Below are positions 19,860 through 27,833 of a stretch of 64,000 bases of DNA, piece after piece. Every line of letters starts with the position of its first letter. Within the stretch, counting starts at the first letter, position 1. The stretch covers positions 40,249-104,248 of the forward strand of contig JANLYQ010000014.1 of assembly GCA_031365725.1 (NCBI GenBank), read 5' to 3'. The notes beneath the pieces are model-generated. The model searched no databases and was not told the origin of the DNA. It saw only the letters and a list, made by a program, of their open reading frames with translations. Position numbers and translations under genes: made by a program. The DNA comes from Sporichthyaceae bacterium. GTDB lineage: Bacteria; Actinomycetota; Actinomycetes; JACCUZ01.

Positions 19860-21314
19860 ATGGACGCCGCCCAGCACACGGAGCCCGACCACAGCCGCGT
19901 CCGCGCCGTTCGCGAGACGGTCGCGGCCGGCGCCGACGAGATGCTCGCGGGACTCGTCGAATGGCTGCGCATCCCGTCGATCTCCGGCGACCCCGCCCAC
20001 CACGACGACGTACGCCGGTCAGCCGAGCACCTGGCAAACGCCTTGCGGGAGACCGGTTTCCCCACCGTCGAGGTCTGGGAGACCGCTGGCCTGCCCGCGG
20101 TCTTCGCCGAGTGGCGCAGCGAGGACCCGGACGCGCCGACCGCGCTGGTCTACGGCCACCACGACGTGCAGCCGGTCACGCCCCTGGACCTCTGGCAGCA
20201 CCCGCCTTTCGAGCCGACCGTGGTGGGTGAGCGGCTGTTCGCCCGGGGCGCGGCCGACGACAAAGGCCAAGTGTGGTTCCACACCCTCGGCGTGCGGGCC
20301 CACCTCGCGGCGACCCGGCGCACCAGCCCGGCCGTGCACCTCAAGCTGATCGTCGAGGGGGAGGAGGAGTCCGGTTCGCCGAACTTCGCCGCGCTGCTGG
20401 CGGCCAACGCCGAGCGCCTGGCCTGTGACGTCGTCGTCGTCTCCGACACGGGCATGTGGTCCCGCGAGACCCCCACGGTCTGCACCGGCATGCGCGGCAT
20501 GACTGACGGACAAGTCGACTTCCACGGTCCGAGCGGCGACGTGCACTCGGGCTCGTTCGGCGGCGCGATCCGCAACCCGATCACCGAGATGTGCCGCGTC
20601 TTCGCGGCCATGCACGACGGCGACGGGCACGTCGCGATCCCCGGCTTCTACGACGGTGTCGGCGAGCTCACCGACCAGGAGCGCGCTCTCGTTGCCCGAC
20701 TGCCGTTCGACGAGAGTGCCTGGTTGGCCAACGCGCGCAGCACGGTGCCGGCGGGCGAGGCTGGCTTCAGCACCCTCGAACGTGTCTGGGCCCGCCCGAC
20801 TGCCGAGCTCAACGGCATCTGGGGCGGGTACACCGACGCGGGGCACAAGACGATCGTCCCCGCCGAGGGCCACGCCAAGATCTCGTTCCGGCTGGTCGCC
20901 GGCCAGGACCCCCTCGACATCCAGGACAAGGTCCGCGTGTGGCTCGCCGACGTCGTCCCGACCGGCATCACGTGGGACCTCACCTGGTACGGCGACGGCG
21001 TGCGCCCCTGCCTCACTCCGCTCGACCACCCGGCGCTCGCCGCGGTCACCCGAGCGATGGCCACCGCCTTCGACACGGAGGTGCTCTACACCCGCGAGGG
21101 CGGTTCCGGCCCGGAGGCCGACCTGCAGGACGCCACCGGTGCGCCAGTCGTCTTCCTCGGCATCAGCCTGCCCAGCGACGGTTGGCACGCGCCGAACGAG
21201 AAAGTCGAGATCCCGTTGCTGGCCAAGGGTTCCGAGGCTGCCGCGCACCTGTGGTCCGAGCTGGCGGTCGCTCTGCGCCCAGCTGCGTCGACTGCTGACT
21301 CCTCGCCCGCGTGA
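19860..21314 (+). CDS. M20 family dipeptidase
   Basis: YGHHDVQP, ARGAADDKGQ, EGEEESGS, HSGSFGG, WHAPNEK. Confidence 0.92.
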   Translation: MDAAQHTEPDHSRVRAVRETVAAGADEMLAGLVEWLRIPSISGDPAHHDDVRRSAEHLANALRETGFPTVEVWETAGLPAVFAEWRSEDPDAPTALVYGHHDVQPVTPLDLWQHPPFEPTVVGERLFARGAADDKGQVWFHTLGVRAHLAATRRTSPAVHLKLIVEGEEESGSPNFAALLAANAERLACDVVVVSDTGMWSRETPTVCTGMRGMTDGQVDFHGPSGDVHSGSFGGAIRNPITEMCRVFAAMHDGDGHVAIPGFYDGVGELTDQERALVARLPFDESAWLANARSTVPAGEAGFSTLERVWARPTAELNGIWGGYTDAGHKTIVPAEGHAKISFRLVAGQDPLDIQDKVRVWLADVVPTGITWDLTWYGDGVRPCLTPLDHPALAAVTRAMATAFDTEVLYTREGGSGPEADLQDATGAPVVFLGISLPSDGWHAPNEKVEIPLLAKGSEAAAHLWSELAVALRPAASTADSSPA

Positions 21315-22255
21315 GCGCGGTCCTGCTCGGCCTCGCGCTGGGCCGCGCCGTGGTCGACCGCGACGCCGGTCGCCGTACGGATGAGGAGTGGCTAGCCAAG
21401 GCCTGGGCCGACCCAGGCACTCGCGTGCTGCACCTGCAGGACGGTCGCGTCGCGGTCGCCGGTGAGCCGCCACGTCTGGCTCTGGACCGGGCGACCAACG
21501 GCGCCCGCGGCGCGGCAGCCGACCGGCGGCTGTTTCTCGGCACCCACGACGGTGTGGCCTACTTCGCGGTGATGGGTGAGGGTGTCGACACCGGCGACGA
21601 GCACGGTGCACAGCACCTGGGTCTGCGTGAGATCGGCGCCACCCTCGACGACCTCGAGGCGGGCCTGGTGGTGCACGCGGTGTCGCTGGCCAACTGGCAC
21701 GCCACTCACCGGCACTGCCCGCGCTGCGGCGCCCCGACCCGGCCGCAGAACGCCGGCCACACCCGGCGTTGCGAGGCCGACGGAAGCGAGCACTATCCGC
21801 GCAGCGACCCGGCTGTGATCATGCTGGTGCTCGATGCCGACGACCGGCTGCTGCTGGGCCGGCAGACCTCGTGGCCGGAAGGTCGCTTCTCCACGCTCGC
21901 CGGTTTTGTCGAGCCGGGGGAGTCGCTGGAGTCCGCGGTCGCCCGCGAGGTCGTCGAGGAGTCCGGCGTGATCGTCGACGACGTGACCTATCTCGGCAGC
22001 CAGCCGTGGCCGTTTCCCGCCAGCCTCATGGTCGGTTTCACCTCGCGCGCGCTCACCACCGAGGTGACCCATCACGACGGCGAGCTGGCCGAGACCCGGT
22101 GGTATAGCCGGCAGGGCCTCACCGACGACATCGCGTCCGGCCGCCTGCAGGTCGCCCCGTCGATCTCCATCGCCCGGCGTCTCATCGAGCACTGGTACGG
22201 CGGCCCGCTCCCCGTCGAGGGCCACTACGTGAACCCACCTCCAGAAGCCACCTGA
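21311..22255 (+). CDS. nudC: NAD(H) diphosphatase NudC
   Basis: HCPRCG zinc ribbon, YPRSDPAVI, Nudix box AGFVEPGESLESAVAREVVEESG, SQPWPFPAS. Confidence 0.94.
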   Translation: MSAVLLGLALGRAVVDRDAGRRTDEEWLAKAWADPGTRVLHLQDGRVAVAGEPPRLALDRATNGARGAAADRRLFLGTHDGVAYFAVMGEGVDTGDEHGAQHLGLREIGATLDDLEAGLVVHAVSLANWHATHRHCPRCGAPTRPQNAGHTRRCEADGSEHYPRSDPAVIMLVLDADDRLLLGRQTSWPEGRFSTLAGFVEPGESLESAVAREVVEESGVIVDDVTYLGSQPWPFPASLMVGFTSRALTTEVTHHDGELAETRWYSRQGLTDDIASGRLQVAPSISIARRLIEHWYGGPLPVEGHYVNPPPEAT

Positions 22256-22351
22256 GTTCTCACCCGTCTACCTCATCGCGCTGCTGAAACGAAGGCCCAG
22301 CCAGATGAACCATCCGGGGCGCGGACGTCACAGTCGAGCAGCGGGGATGCA

Positions 22352-22440
22352 GCGCATGGCCACCCGGGTACGTCGGCGCATGGCCACCCGGGTACGGCAG
22401 GAGACAGTCATCCTGCCGAGGCGGGGCCGGGTACGGCAGG
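22352..22440 (+). repeat. 24-bp direct repeat (2 copies plus partial third)
   Basis: GCGCATGGCCACCCGGGTACG at 22352 and 22376; CCGGGTACGGCAGG again at ~22427. Confidence 0.7.
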
Positions 22441-22447
22441 CGCGGCT

Positions 22448-22532
22448 GAGCCTGACTACCGGATGAGCCTCGCGGTGGAGCGCACCTACCTGGCCTGGGT
22501 GGGCACTGCGCTGGCGATGATGGCCGGCGGGG
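22448..22532 (+). pseudogene. DUF202/YidH family membrane protein remnant
   Basis: EPDYRMSLAVERTYLAWVGTALAMMAGG matches the DUF202 signature (PDxRxxLANERTxLAW); remainder lost. Confidence 0.6.
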
Positions 22533-22638
22533 GCCGTTGGACAGGCGCGCCACGACAGGAGGCGAACAGTCACCTCAACAGGTGCAGATGCCGCTTGTCG
22601 CGACTGTTCGCCCACCTCACGTGGTCATTAGCGGGGCG

Positions 22639-22881
22639 TCACGCGGCGAGCTTGGCCTTGATCTGGCCGATGCTGGGGTTGGTCAGCGCGCTGCCGTCGG
22701 GGAACACCAGCGTCGGCACGGTCTGGTTGCCGCCGTTGACCGACATGACCAGCTCGGTGGCCGCGGGGTCGTTCTCGATGTCGACGATCTCGTAGGCGAT
22801 GCCTTCGCGCTCCATCTGGTCCTTCAGCCGGCGGCAGTAGCCGCACCAGGCGGTGCTGTACATCGTGACCGAGCTCGACAC
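22639..22881 (-). CDS. mrx1: Mycoredoxin (glutaredoxin-like)
   Basis: YSTAWCGYCRRLK, GNQTVPTL; conserved position between nudC and uvrD2. Confidence 0.88.
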   Translation of the reverse strand: MSSSVTMYSTAWCGYCRRLKDQMEREGIAYEIVDIENDPAATELVMSVNGGNQTVPTLVFPDGSALTNPSIGQIKAKLAA

Positions 22882-22987
22882 GTAGAGATCCCTTCGCTGG
22901 CGGCGGGCGGACAGCCACGCCTGTCACGGCGTACAACGCAGGAGGCCCGAGGGTGCTTCCCGCGCGGACCACGACCTGGCACGGACG

Positions 22988-23015
22988 TGTCCGGGGCCGC
23001 TGCGAGGATGGACCG
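22988..23015 (+). promoter_or_regulatory. PafBC/RecA-NDp-like leaderless promoter for uvrD2
   Basis: TGTCCG-N10-GAGGAT-N6-GTG(start), same layout as at adnA. Confidence 0.55.
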
Positions 23016-25205
23016 GTGCCCCCCTCCGCCGACGACCTCCTCGCCGCGCTGGACCCTGAGCAGCGCGAGGTAGCGACCACGCTGCAGGGCCCGCTGTGCG
23101 TCCTGGCCGGCGCCGGCACCGGTAAGACCCGAGCCATCACCTCCCGGATCGCGTACGGCGTCGCGACCGGCGTCTACGTGCCCCAGCGGGTGCTGGCCGT
23201 CACCTTCACCGCACGTGCCGCCGGGGAGATGCGCACCCGGCTGCGCGACCTCGGCGCCCAGGGGGTGCAGGCTCGCACCTTCCACGCCGCGGCACTGCGG
23301 CAGCTGCGCTACTTCTGGCCGCGGCACGTCGGTGGCGAGCTGCCCGAGCTGGTCTCGCACAAGGCGGCGCTGGTGGCCGAGGCGGCAGGCCGGCTGCGGC
23401 TGGCCACTGACCGCGCGACGGTGCGCGACCTCAGCGCCGAGGTGGAATGGGTCAAGGTCACCATGACCGACCGCGACGACTATCCGGCGGCCGCAGCGAA
23501 GGCTTCACGGGTGCCGCCGGCCGGGCTCGACGCCGCGACCGTCATGCGACTGCTGACGACCTACGAGCAGGTCAAACGCGACCGGTCGGTCATCGACTTC
23601 GAGGACGTGCTGCTCTACACCGTCGGGCTGATGGCCGAGCACCGCCAGGTCGCCGACGCCGTGCGCGGTCAATATCACCACGTCGTCGTCGACGAGTACC
23701 AGGACGTCAGCCCGCTGCAGCAGGCGCTGCTCGACCAGTGGCTCGGCGACCGCGACGAGGTGTGCGTGGTCGGCGACCCGAGCCAGACGATCTACACCTT
23801 CGCCGGTGCGTCGCCGGAGTTCCTGCTCGGCTTCCGCGGCCGGCATCCCACGGCCGCTCAGGTGCGCCTCGTCCGTGACTACCGCTCGACACCTCAGGTC
23901 GTCGCCCTGGCCAACCGGATCGTGACCGGCAGCGCGAGCGGTCGGCGTACCGCCCTCGAGCTGGTGGCCCAGCGCCCCGCCGGACCCGCACCGGACCTGC
24001 GCGAGCTCTCCGACGAGCCCGCTGAGGCGCGCCACGTCGCCGCCCGCGTCAAGGCGCTGGTCGCCGCGGGCTCACCGGCGCGGGAGATCGCCGTGCTGTT
24101 CCGCACCAACGGGCAGAGCGAGGCTTACGAGCAGGCCCTCGCCGACGCCGGCGTGCCCTACCTCCTACGTGGCGGCGAACGGTTCTTCGACCGACCCGAG
24201 GTGCGTGAGGCGCGGCTGCTGCTGCGCGGCGCAGCCCGGTCCGCGGAGGTCGACGACGAGGGTGCGACCGATGCGGGCGCGGGTCTTGCCGCGACGGTGC
24301 GTGCGGTGCTCTCCGGCACCGGCTGGAGCACCACACCGCCGGAGGGTGCGGGCGCGATCCGCGAGCGCTGGGAGTCACTCGCCGCGCTGGTCCGGCTCGC
24401 CGAGGAGCTTGCTGCGACCCGGGGCGACGACGAGCCGCGGGCGACGGTGCGTGACCTCGTGGTCGAGCTCGACGAACGCGCAGACGCCCAGCACGCGCCT
24501 GCGGTCGAGGGCGTCACCCTGGCCTCGCTGCACGCCGCCAAGGGCCTCGAGTGGGATGCCGTCTTCCTGGTCGGGGTCAGCGAGGGCATGCTGCCCATCA
24601 CCTACGCCGAGACCCCCGAGCAGATCGAGGAAGAGCGCCGACTGCTCTACGTCGGGGTCACCCGCGCTCGTGAGCACCTCTCGATCACCTGGTCGCTGGC
24701 CCGCTCGCCGGGTGGCCGGGGCAGCCGACGTCCGTCGCGGTTCCTCGACGGCCTGCACACGTCTACCGCCGCGCAACCGGCCGCCGCCCGCGGAGCCAAG
24801 GCGCGCAAGGGACCCTCCGTCTGCCGGGTCTGCGGCAAGGCCCTCACCGCCCCGGTGGCCCGCAAGCTGGGGCGCTGCGAGGACTGCCCGTCGGCCTACG
24901 ACGAGGAGCTCTTCGAACGGCTGCGCACCTGGCGGGGCGAGCAGGCCAAGGCCGCCAGCGTGCCGGCCTACGTCGTCTTCACCGACGCCACGTTGACCGC
25001 GCTCGCCGAGCTCCGGCCCACGACCGAGCGAGCGTTGCTCTCGGTGTCCGGCATCGGCAAGACCAAGCTCGACCGCTACGGCGCCGACGTGCTCGCGCTG
25101 TGCGCCGGCGAGAGCACCGCCGGCAGCTGCCCGAAAGGTCACGATCCGGCCGCGACCGGAAATTCGTCGGGTAATTCGATTGCACCACCCGCAGACCTTC
25201 CCTAA
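23016..25205 (+). CDS. uvrD2: ATP-dependent DNA helicase UvrD2
   Basis: AGAGTGKT, DEYQD, GDPSQTIY, SLHAAKGLEW, tetracysteine CRVC..CEDC, C-terminal HRDC (LRTWR..PAYVVFTDATL..GIGKTKLDRYG). Confidence 0.94.
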   Translation: MPPSADDLLAALDPEQREVATTLQGPLCVLAGAGTGKTRAITSRIAYGVATGVYVPQRVLAVTFTARAAGEMRTRLRDLGAQGVQARTFHAAALRQLRYFWPRHVGGELPELVSHKAALVAEAAGRLRLATDRATVRDLSAEVEWVKVTMTDRDDYPAAAAKASRVPPAGLDAATVMRLLTTYEQVKRDRSVIDFEDVLLYTVGLMAEHRQVADAVRGQYHHVVVDEYQDVSPLQQALLDQWLGDRDEVCVVGDPSQTIYTFAGASPEFLLGFRGRHPTAAQVRLVRDYRSTPQVVALANRIVTGSASGRRTALELVAQRPAGPAPDLRELSDEPAEARHVAARVKALVAAGSPAREIAVLFRTNGQSEAYEQALADAGVPYLLRGGERFFDRPEVREARLLLRGAARSAEVDDEGATDAGAGLAATVRAVLSGTGWSTTPPEGAGAIRERWESLAALVRLAEELAATRGDDEPRATVRDLVVELDERADAQHAPAVEGVTLASLHAAKGLEWDAVFLVGVSEGMLPITYAETPEQIEEERRLLYVGVTRAREHLSITWSLARSPGGRGSRRPSRFLDGLHTSTAAQPAAARGAKARKGPSVCRVCGKALTAPVARKLGRCEDCPSAYDEELFERLRTWRGEQAKAASVPAYVVFTDATLTALAELRPTTERALLSVSGIGKTKLDRYGADVLALCAGESTAGSCPKGHDPAATGNSSGNSIAPPADLP

Positions 25206-25208
25206 CCT
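25172..25208 (+). promoter_or_regulatory. whiB7 autoregulated promoter
   Basis: AT-rich TAATT just upstream of -35 TTGCAC (25180-25185), 17-bp spacer, -10 TAACCT (25203-25208); lies in the uvrD2 3' end. Confidence 0.75.
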
Positions 25209-25275
25209 CGGGCGAAAGCGGGTAAGCCCTTCGGGGTCCCGGGCCGACATCGAGGCAGTGAAGGAGGTGGGCATC

Positions 25276-25551
25276 GTGAAGAACATCGAGATCATCGAGC
25301 GGGCGCGCGTGTGCTCGCCGTTCCTGCTGTCCGGCCTCTCGGGCGGCATCTCGGTCATGCGCCGCCGGCCCGTCAGCGGCATGAGCCTCGCTCTCGCTCG
25401 CACCGCTGACTGGGGCACCGCTCTGTCCTCCGGCAGCGCTGCCAGCGCGTTCCTGCCGTTCACCGAGACGTTCGGTGCGTACGCGGATACCGCTGACACG
25501 AATGACGTCATCACCCCCGTCGGGACCCGTTCCTGGAGCCCGCCTGTGTAG
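25276..25551 (+). CDS. whiB7 leader uORF (91-aa attenuator peptide)
   Basis: AAGGAGGT RBS at 25261, GTG 25276, MKNIEII...GTRSWSPPV*; lies between the whiB7 promoter and terminator. Confidence 0.75.
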   Translation: MKNIEIIERARVCSPFLLSGLSGGISVMRRRPVSGMSLALARTADWGTALSSGSAASAFLPFTETFGAYADTADTNDVITPVGTRSWSPPV

Positions 25552-25575
25552 GTCCTCACCTCACACCGGCACTCC

Positions 25576-25620
25576 AAGGCCGCGGAACCCGACACCCGGG
25601 ATCCGCGGCCTTTTTCTGTT
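25576..25620 (+). terminator. Rho-independent terminator of the whiB7 attenuator
   Basis: AAGGCCGCGGA...TCCGCGGCCTT stem followed by TTTTTCTGTT. Confidence 0.85.
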
Positions 25621-25807
25621 GTCCGCCGCCCTCCCGCCGGCCGAGCCGACCACTCCGATCCCACCGTCCGCCAGCCTCCCGCCCACCGGTGAGGGGCCCG
25701 ACCACCGAAGGCCACCACCCATGGCTCTCCTGACCGCACCTGACCAGCGGACCGGGCGCCCACCCGGCGCACCGGCCGCAGTGACCACACCGACGGAGGT
25801 GACACCC

Positions 25808-26131
25808 ATGTTCGCAACCCTCGACCTCGACCCGCAGATCCACTCGCTGCAGGCGACGTACGACCTCTCGGATCTCGCCGGCCGGGTCGTCGAGCAACAG
25901 CTGCCGTGCCGCATCAACGACCCGGAGCTGTTCTTCGCCGACTCACCCGCTGACGTGGAGCTCGCGAAGGCTCTCTGCGCCGGCTGCCCCGCCCGACTCG
26001 TCTGCCTCGCCGGTGCTCTCGAGCGCCAAGAACCGTGGGGCGTCTGGGGCGGCGAGTGGTTCGTCCAGGGAGTAGTTGTCGCCCGCAAGCGGCCGCGAGG
26101 CCGCCCGCGCAAGTCCGAGGTTGCCGCGTGA
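25808..26131 (+). CDS. whiB7: WhiB7/WblC transcriptional activator
   Basis: Four Cys (PCR, LCAGCP, VCL), EPWGVWGGE, AT-hook RKRPRGRPRK; GGAGGT RBS. Confidence 0.92.
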   Translation: MFATLDLDPQIHSLQATYDLSDLAGRVVEQQLPCRINDPELFFADSPADVELAKALCAGCPARLVCLAGALERQEPWGVWGGEWFVQGVVVARKRPRGRPRKSEVAA

Positions 26132-26409
26132 ACGCGCGCCACCTCACCACCGTCGTCCCCAGTGCTGCCGCCGTCGCCGCAGCTCAGGAGCCGGCGTCGC
26201 TCGACCACCAGACGCATGACCCGAACAGGAGCTTTGAGATGCAACTCATGCATGAAGATCTGGCGCGTGCTCATAGTCAGCAGCGCCTCGAGGAGACCGT
26301 CCGTCGTGAACGGAGTCGTCGGCTGGTGCTCGCCCTCCGGGCGTCGCGCCGGGCCGAAGAATCCGTGATGCGGACTCGTCGGATCCTCGCCTCCGTCGTC
26401 GTCGGGTGA
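26128..26409 (+). CDS. Small basic helical hypothetical protein co-transcribed with whiB7
   Basis: GTGA overlap with whiB7 (alternative ATG at 26239): MQLMHEDLARAHSQQRLEE..RRL..SRRAE. Confidence 0.65.
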   Translation: MNARHLTTVVPSAAAVAAAQEPASLDHQTHDPNRSFEMQLMHEDLARAHSQQRLEETVRRERSRRLVLALRASRRAEESVMRTRRILASVVVG

Positions 26410-26439
26410 CCGACCGGCAAGGCGAGCACGAAGAACCAG

Positions 26440-26478
26440 ACAAGGCCCCGACCGCAGCAGCGCGGTCGGGGCCTTGTT
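26440..26478 (+). terminator. Hairpin terminator after the whiB7 operon
   Basis: 16-bp perfect stem ACAAGGCCCCGACCGC / GCGGTCGGGGCCTTGT. Confidence 0.8.
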
Positions 26479-26545
26479 GCGTGTGGTGGCTGCCATGATC
26501 CGGGGTACGTCGTGAGCGGCGGCGACCAGACCCGGGGAGGAGCCC

Positions 26546-27454
26546 ATGTCCGAGAAGTCGACAGTCGAGGTGGACGGACGCCGCCTCGCCTTGACCAATC
26601 TCGACAAGGTGCTGTTCCCGGACGGCTTCACCAAGGGCGAGGTGGTCGACTACTACGCGCGCATCGCCCCGGTGTTGCTGCCGCACATCGCGGACCGGCC
26701 CATGTCGTTCCAACGCTTCCCCGATGGCACGGCCAGCAAGGGATTTTTCGCCAAGAACGCGCCGAAGGGCACGCCCGAGTGGGTGCGCACTGTGCGGCTG
26801 CCGGCGCCCGGCAGCAGCAAGGACCGCGAGACCCTGGACTACGTCGTCGTCGGTGACCTGCCGACGCTGATCTGGGCGGCCAACCTGGCGGCGCTCGAGC
26901 TGCACGTGCCGCAGTGGAGGGTCGGTCCGCGCGGGGCGGTGCACGACCCGGACCGGCTGGTGCTCGACCTCGACCCCGGTGCGCCGGCCACGGCTGTCGA
27001 GTGTGCGGAGGTCGCGCTGCTGCTGCGCGACCTGCTGATCGCCGACGGTCTCACCCCAGTCGTGAAGTCGTCGGGGTCCAAAGGCCTGCAGCTCTACGCC
27101 TCGGTCGAGCCGGCACCGGACCGGCGTACGTCGGGATATGCCCACGACCTGGCCCGCCGGCTCGAGAAGTCCCACCCCCGGCTGGTGGTGTCGCAGATGC
27201 GCAAGGACCTGCGAGGCGGCAAGGTGTTCGTCGACTGGAGCCAGAACAACGCAGCCAAGACGACCGTCGCGCCTTACGCACTGCGGGCCCGGCCCGAGCC
27301 GTGGGTCTCGACGCCGCTGACCTGGGCGGAGGTCGAGGCGGTCACCGACCCCGAGGACGTGCGGTTCCGTGCCGGCGAGGCGCTAGCCCGGGTTGATGCG
27401 CACGGCGATCTCTTCGCGCTGTTGCTCGAGCCCGGCGCGTCGTTGCCGACCTAG
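26546..27454 (+). CDS. Stand-alone LigD polymerase (AEP PrimPol) domain protein
   Basis: LTNLDKVLFP, TKGEVVDYY, RFPDG, FFAKN, DRLVLDLDPG, KSSGSKGLQLY, VFVDWSQN, APYALRA; no ligase or PE domain. Confidence 0.9.
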   Translation: MSEKSTVEVDGRRLALTNLDKVLFPDGFTKGEVVDYYARIAPVLLPHIADRPMSFQRFPDGTASKGFFAKNAPKGTPEWVRTVRLPAPGSSKDRETLDYVVVGDLPTLIWAANLAALELHVPQWRVGPRGAVHDPDRLVLDLDPGAPATAVECAEVALLLRDLLIADGLTPVVKSSGSKGLQLYASVEPAPDRRTSGYAHDLARRLEKSHPRLVVSQMRKDLRGGKVFVDWSQNNAAKTTVAPYALRARPEPWVSTPLTWAEVEAVTDPEDVRFRAGEALARVDAHGDLFALLLEPGASLPT

Positions 27455-27551
27455 CGACCCCCGCCGTCCGCCTGCGAAACAGGCTGTGGACGAACGGTTC
27501 GAGGTGCCGTTGCGCTCCTAGGCTGGATCGCGACGGGAGGGGCGGTGTCAC

Positions 27552-27830
27552 ATGCAGCTGAGGGTGGAGACCAAGGCGCTGGTCGATGCGGGCCGACTGC
27601 TCGGGTCGCACGCTGACAGGTTGCGCGACCAGTCGCAGCAGTGCGCACGGATCGCCGAGGCGTTGCACGACCCGACTTTGGTCCACGGTGGTCGGCTGCT
27701 CGCTGATGTCGCCGCGGACCTGCTCGAGGTGGTGGCGATGGACCTCGACCTGCTCGCAGGACGGGTGCAGACCGGCGCCGTGGTCTATGACCGCACCGAG
27801 ATCGCCGTACGCCGGTCAGAGGGGGGCTGA
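27552..27830 (+). CDS. Small helical WXG100-like / type VII secretion target-like protein
   Basis: 92 aa, two predicted long helices, N-terminal LRVE, C-terminal YDRTE (YxxxD/E signal); GGGAGG RBS. Confidence 0.6.
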   Translation: MQLRVETKALVDAGRLLGSHADRLRDQSQQCARIAEALHDPTLVHGGRLLADVAADLLEVVAMDLDLLAGRVQTGAVVYDRTEIAVRRSEGG

Positions 27831-27833
27831 GCC

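Noticed and set aside
27491-27501. LexA SOS box (CGAACGGTTCG)
   Set aside because: Half-site spacer is 1 nt rather than the 4 nt of the actinobacterial CGAAC-N4-GTTCG box
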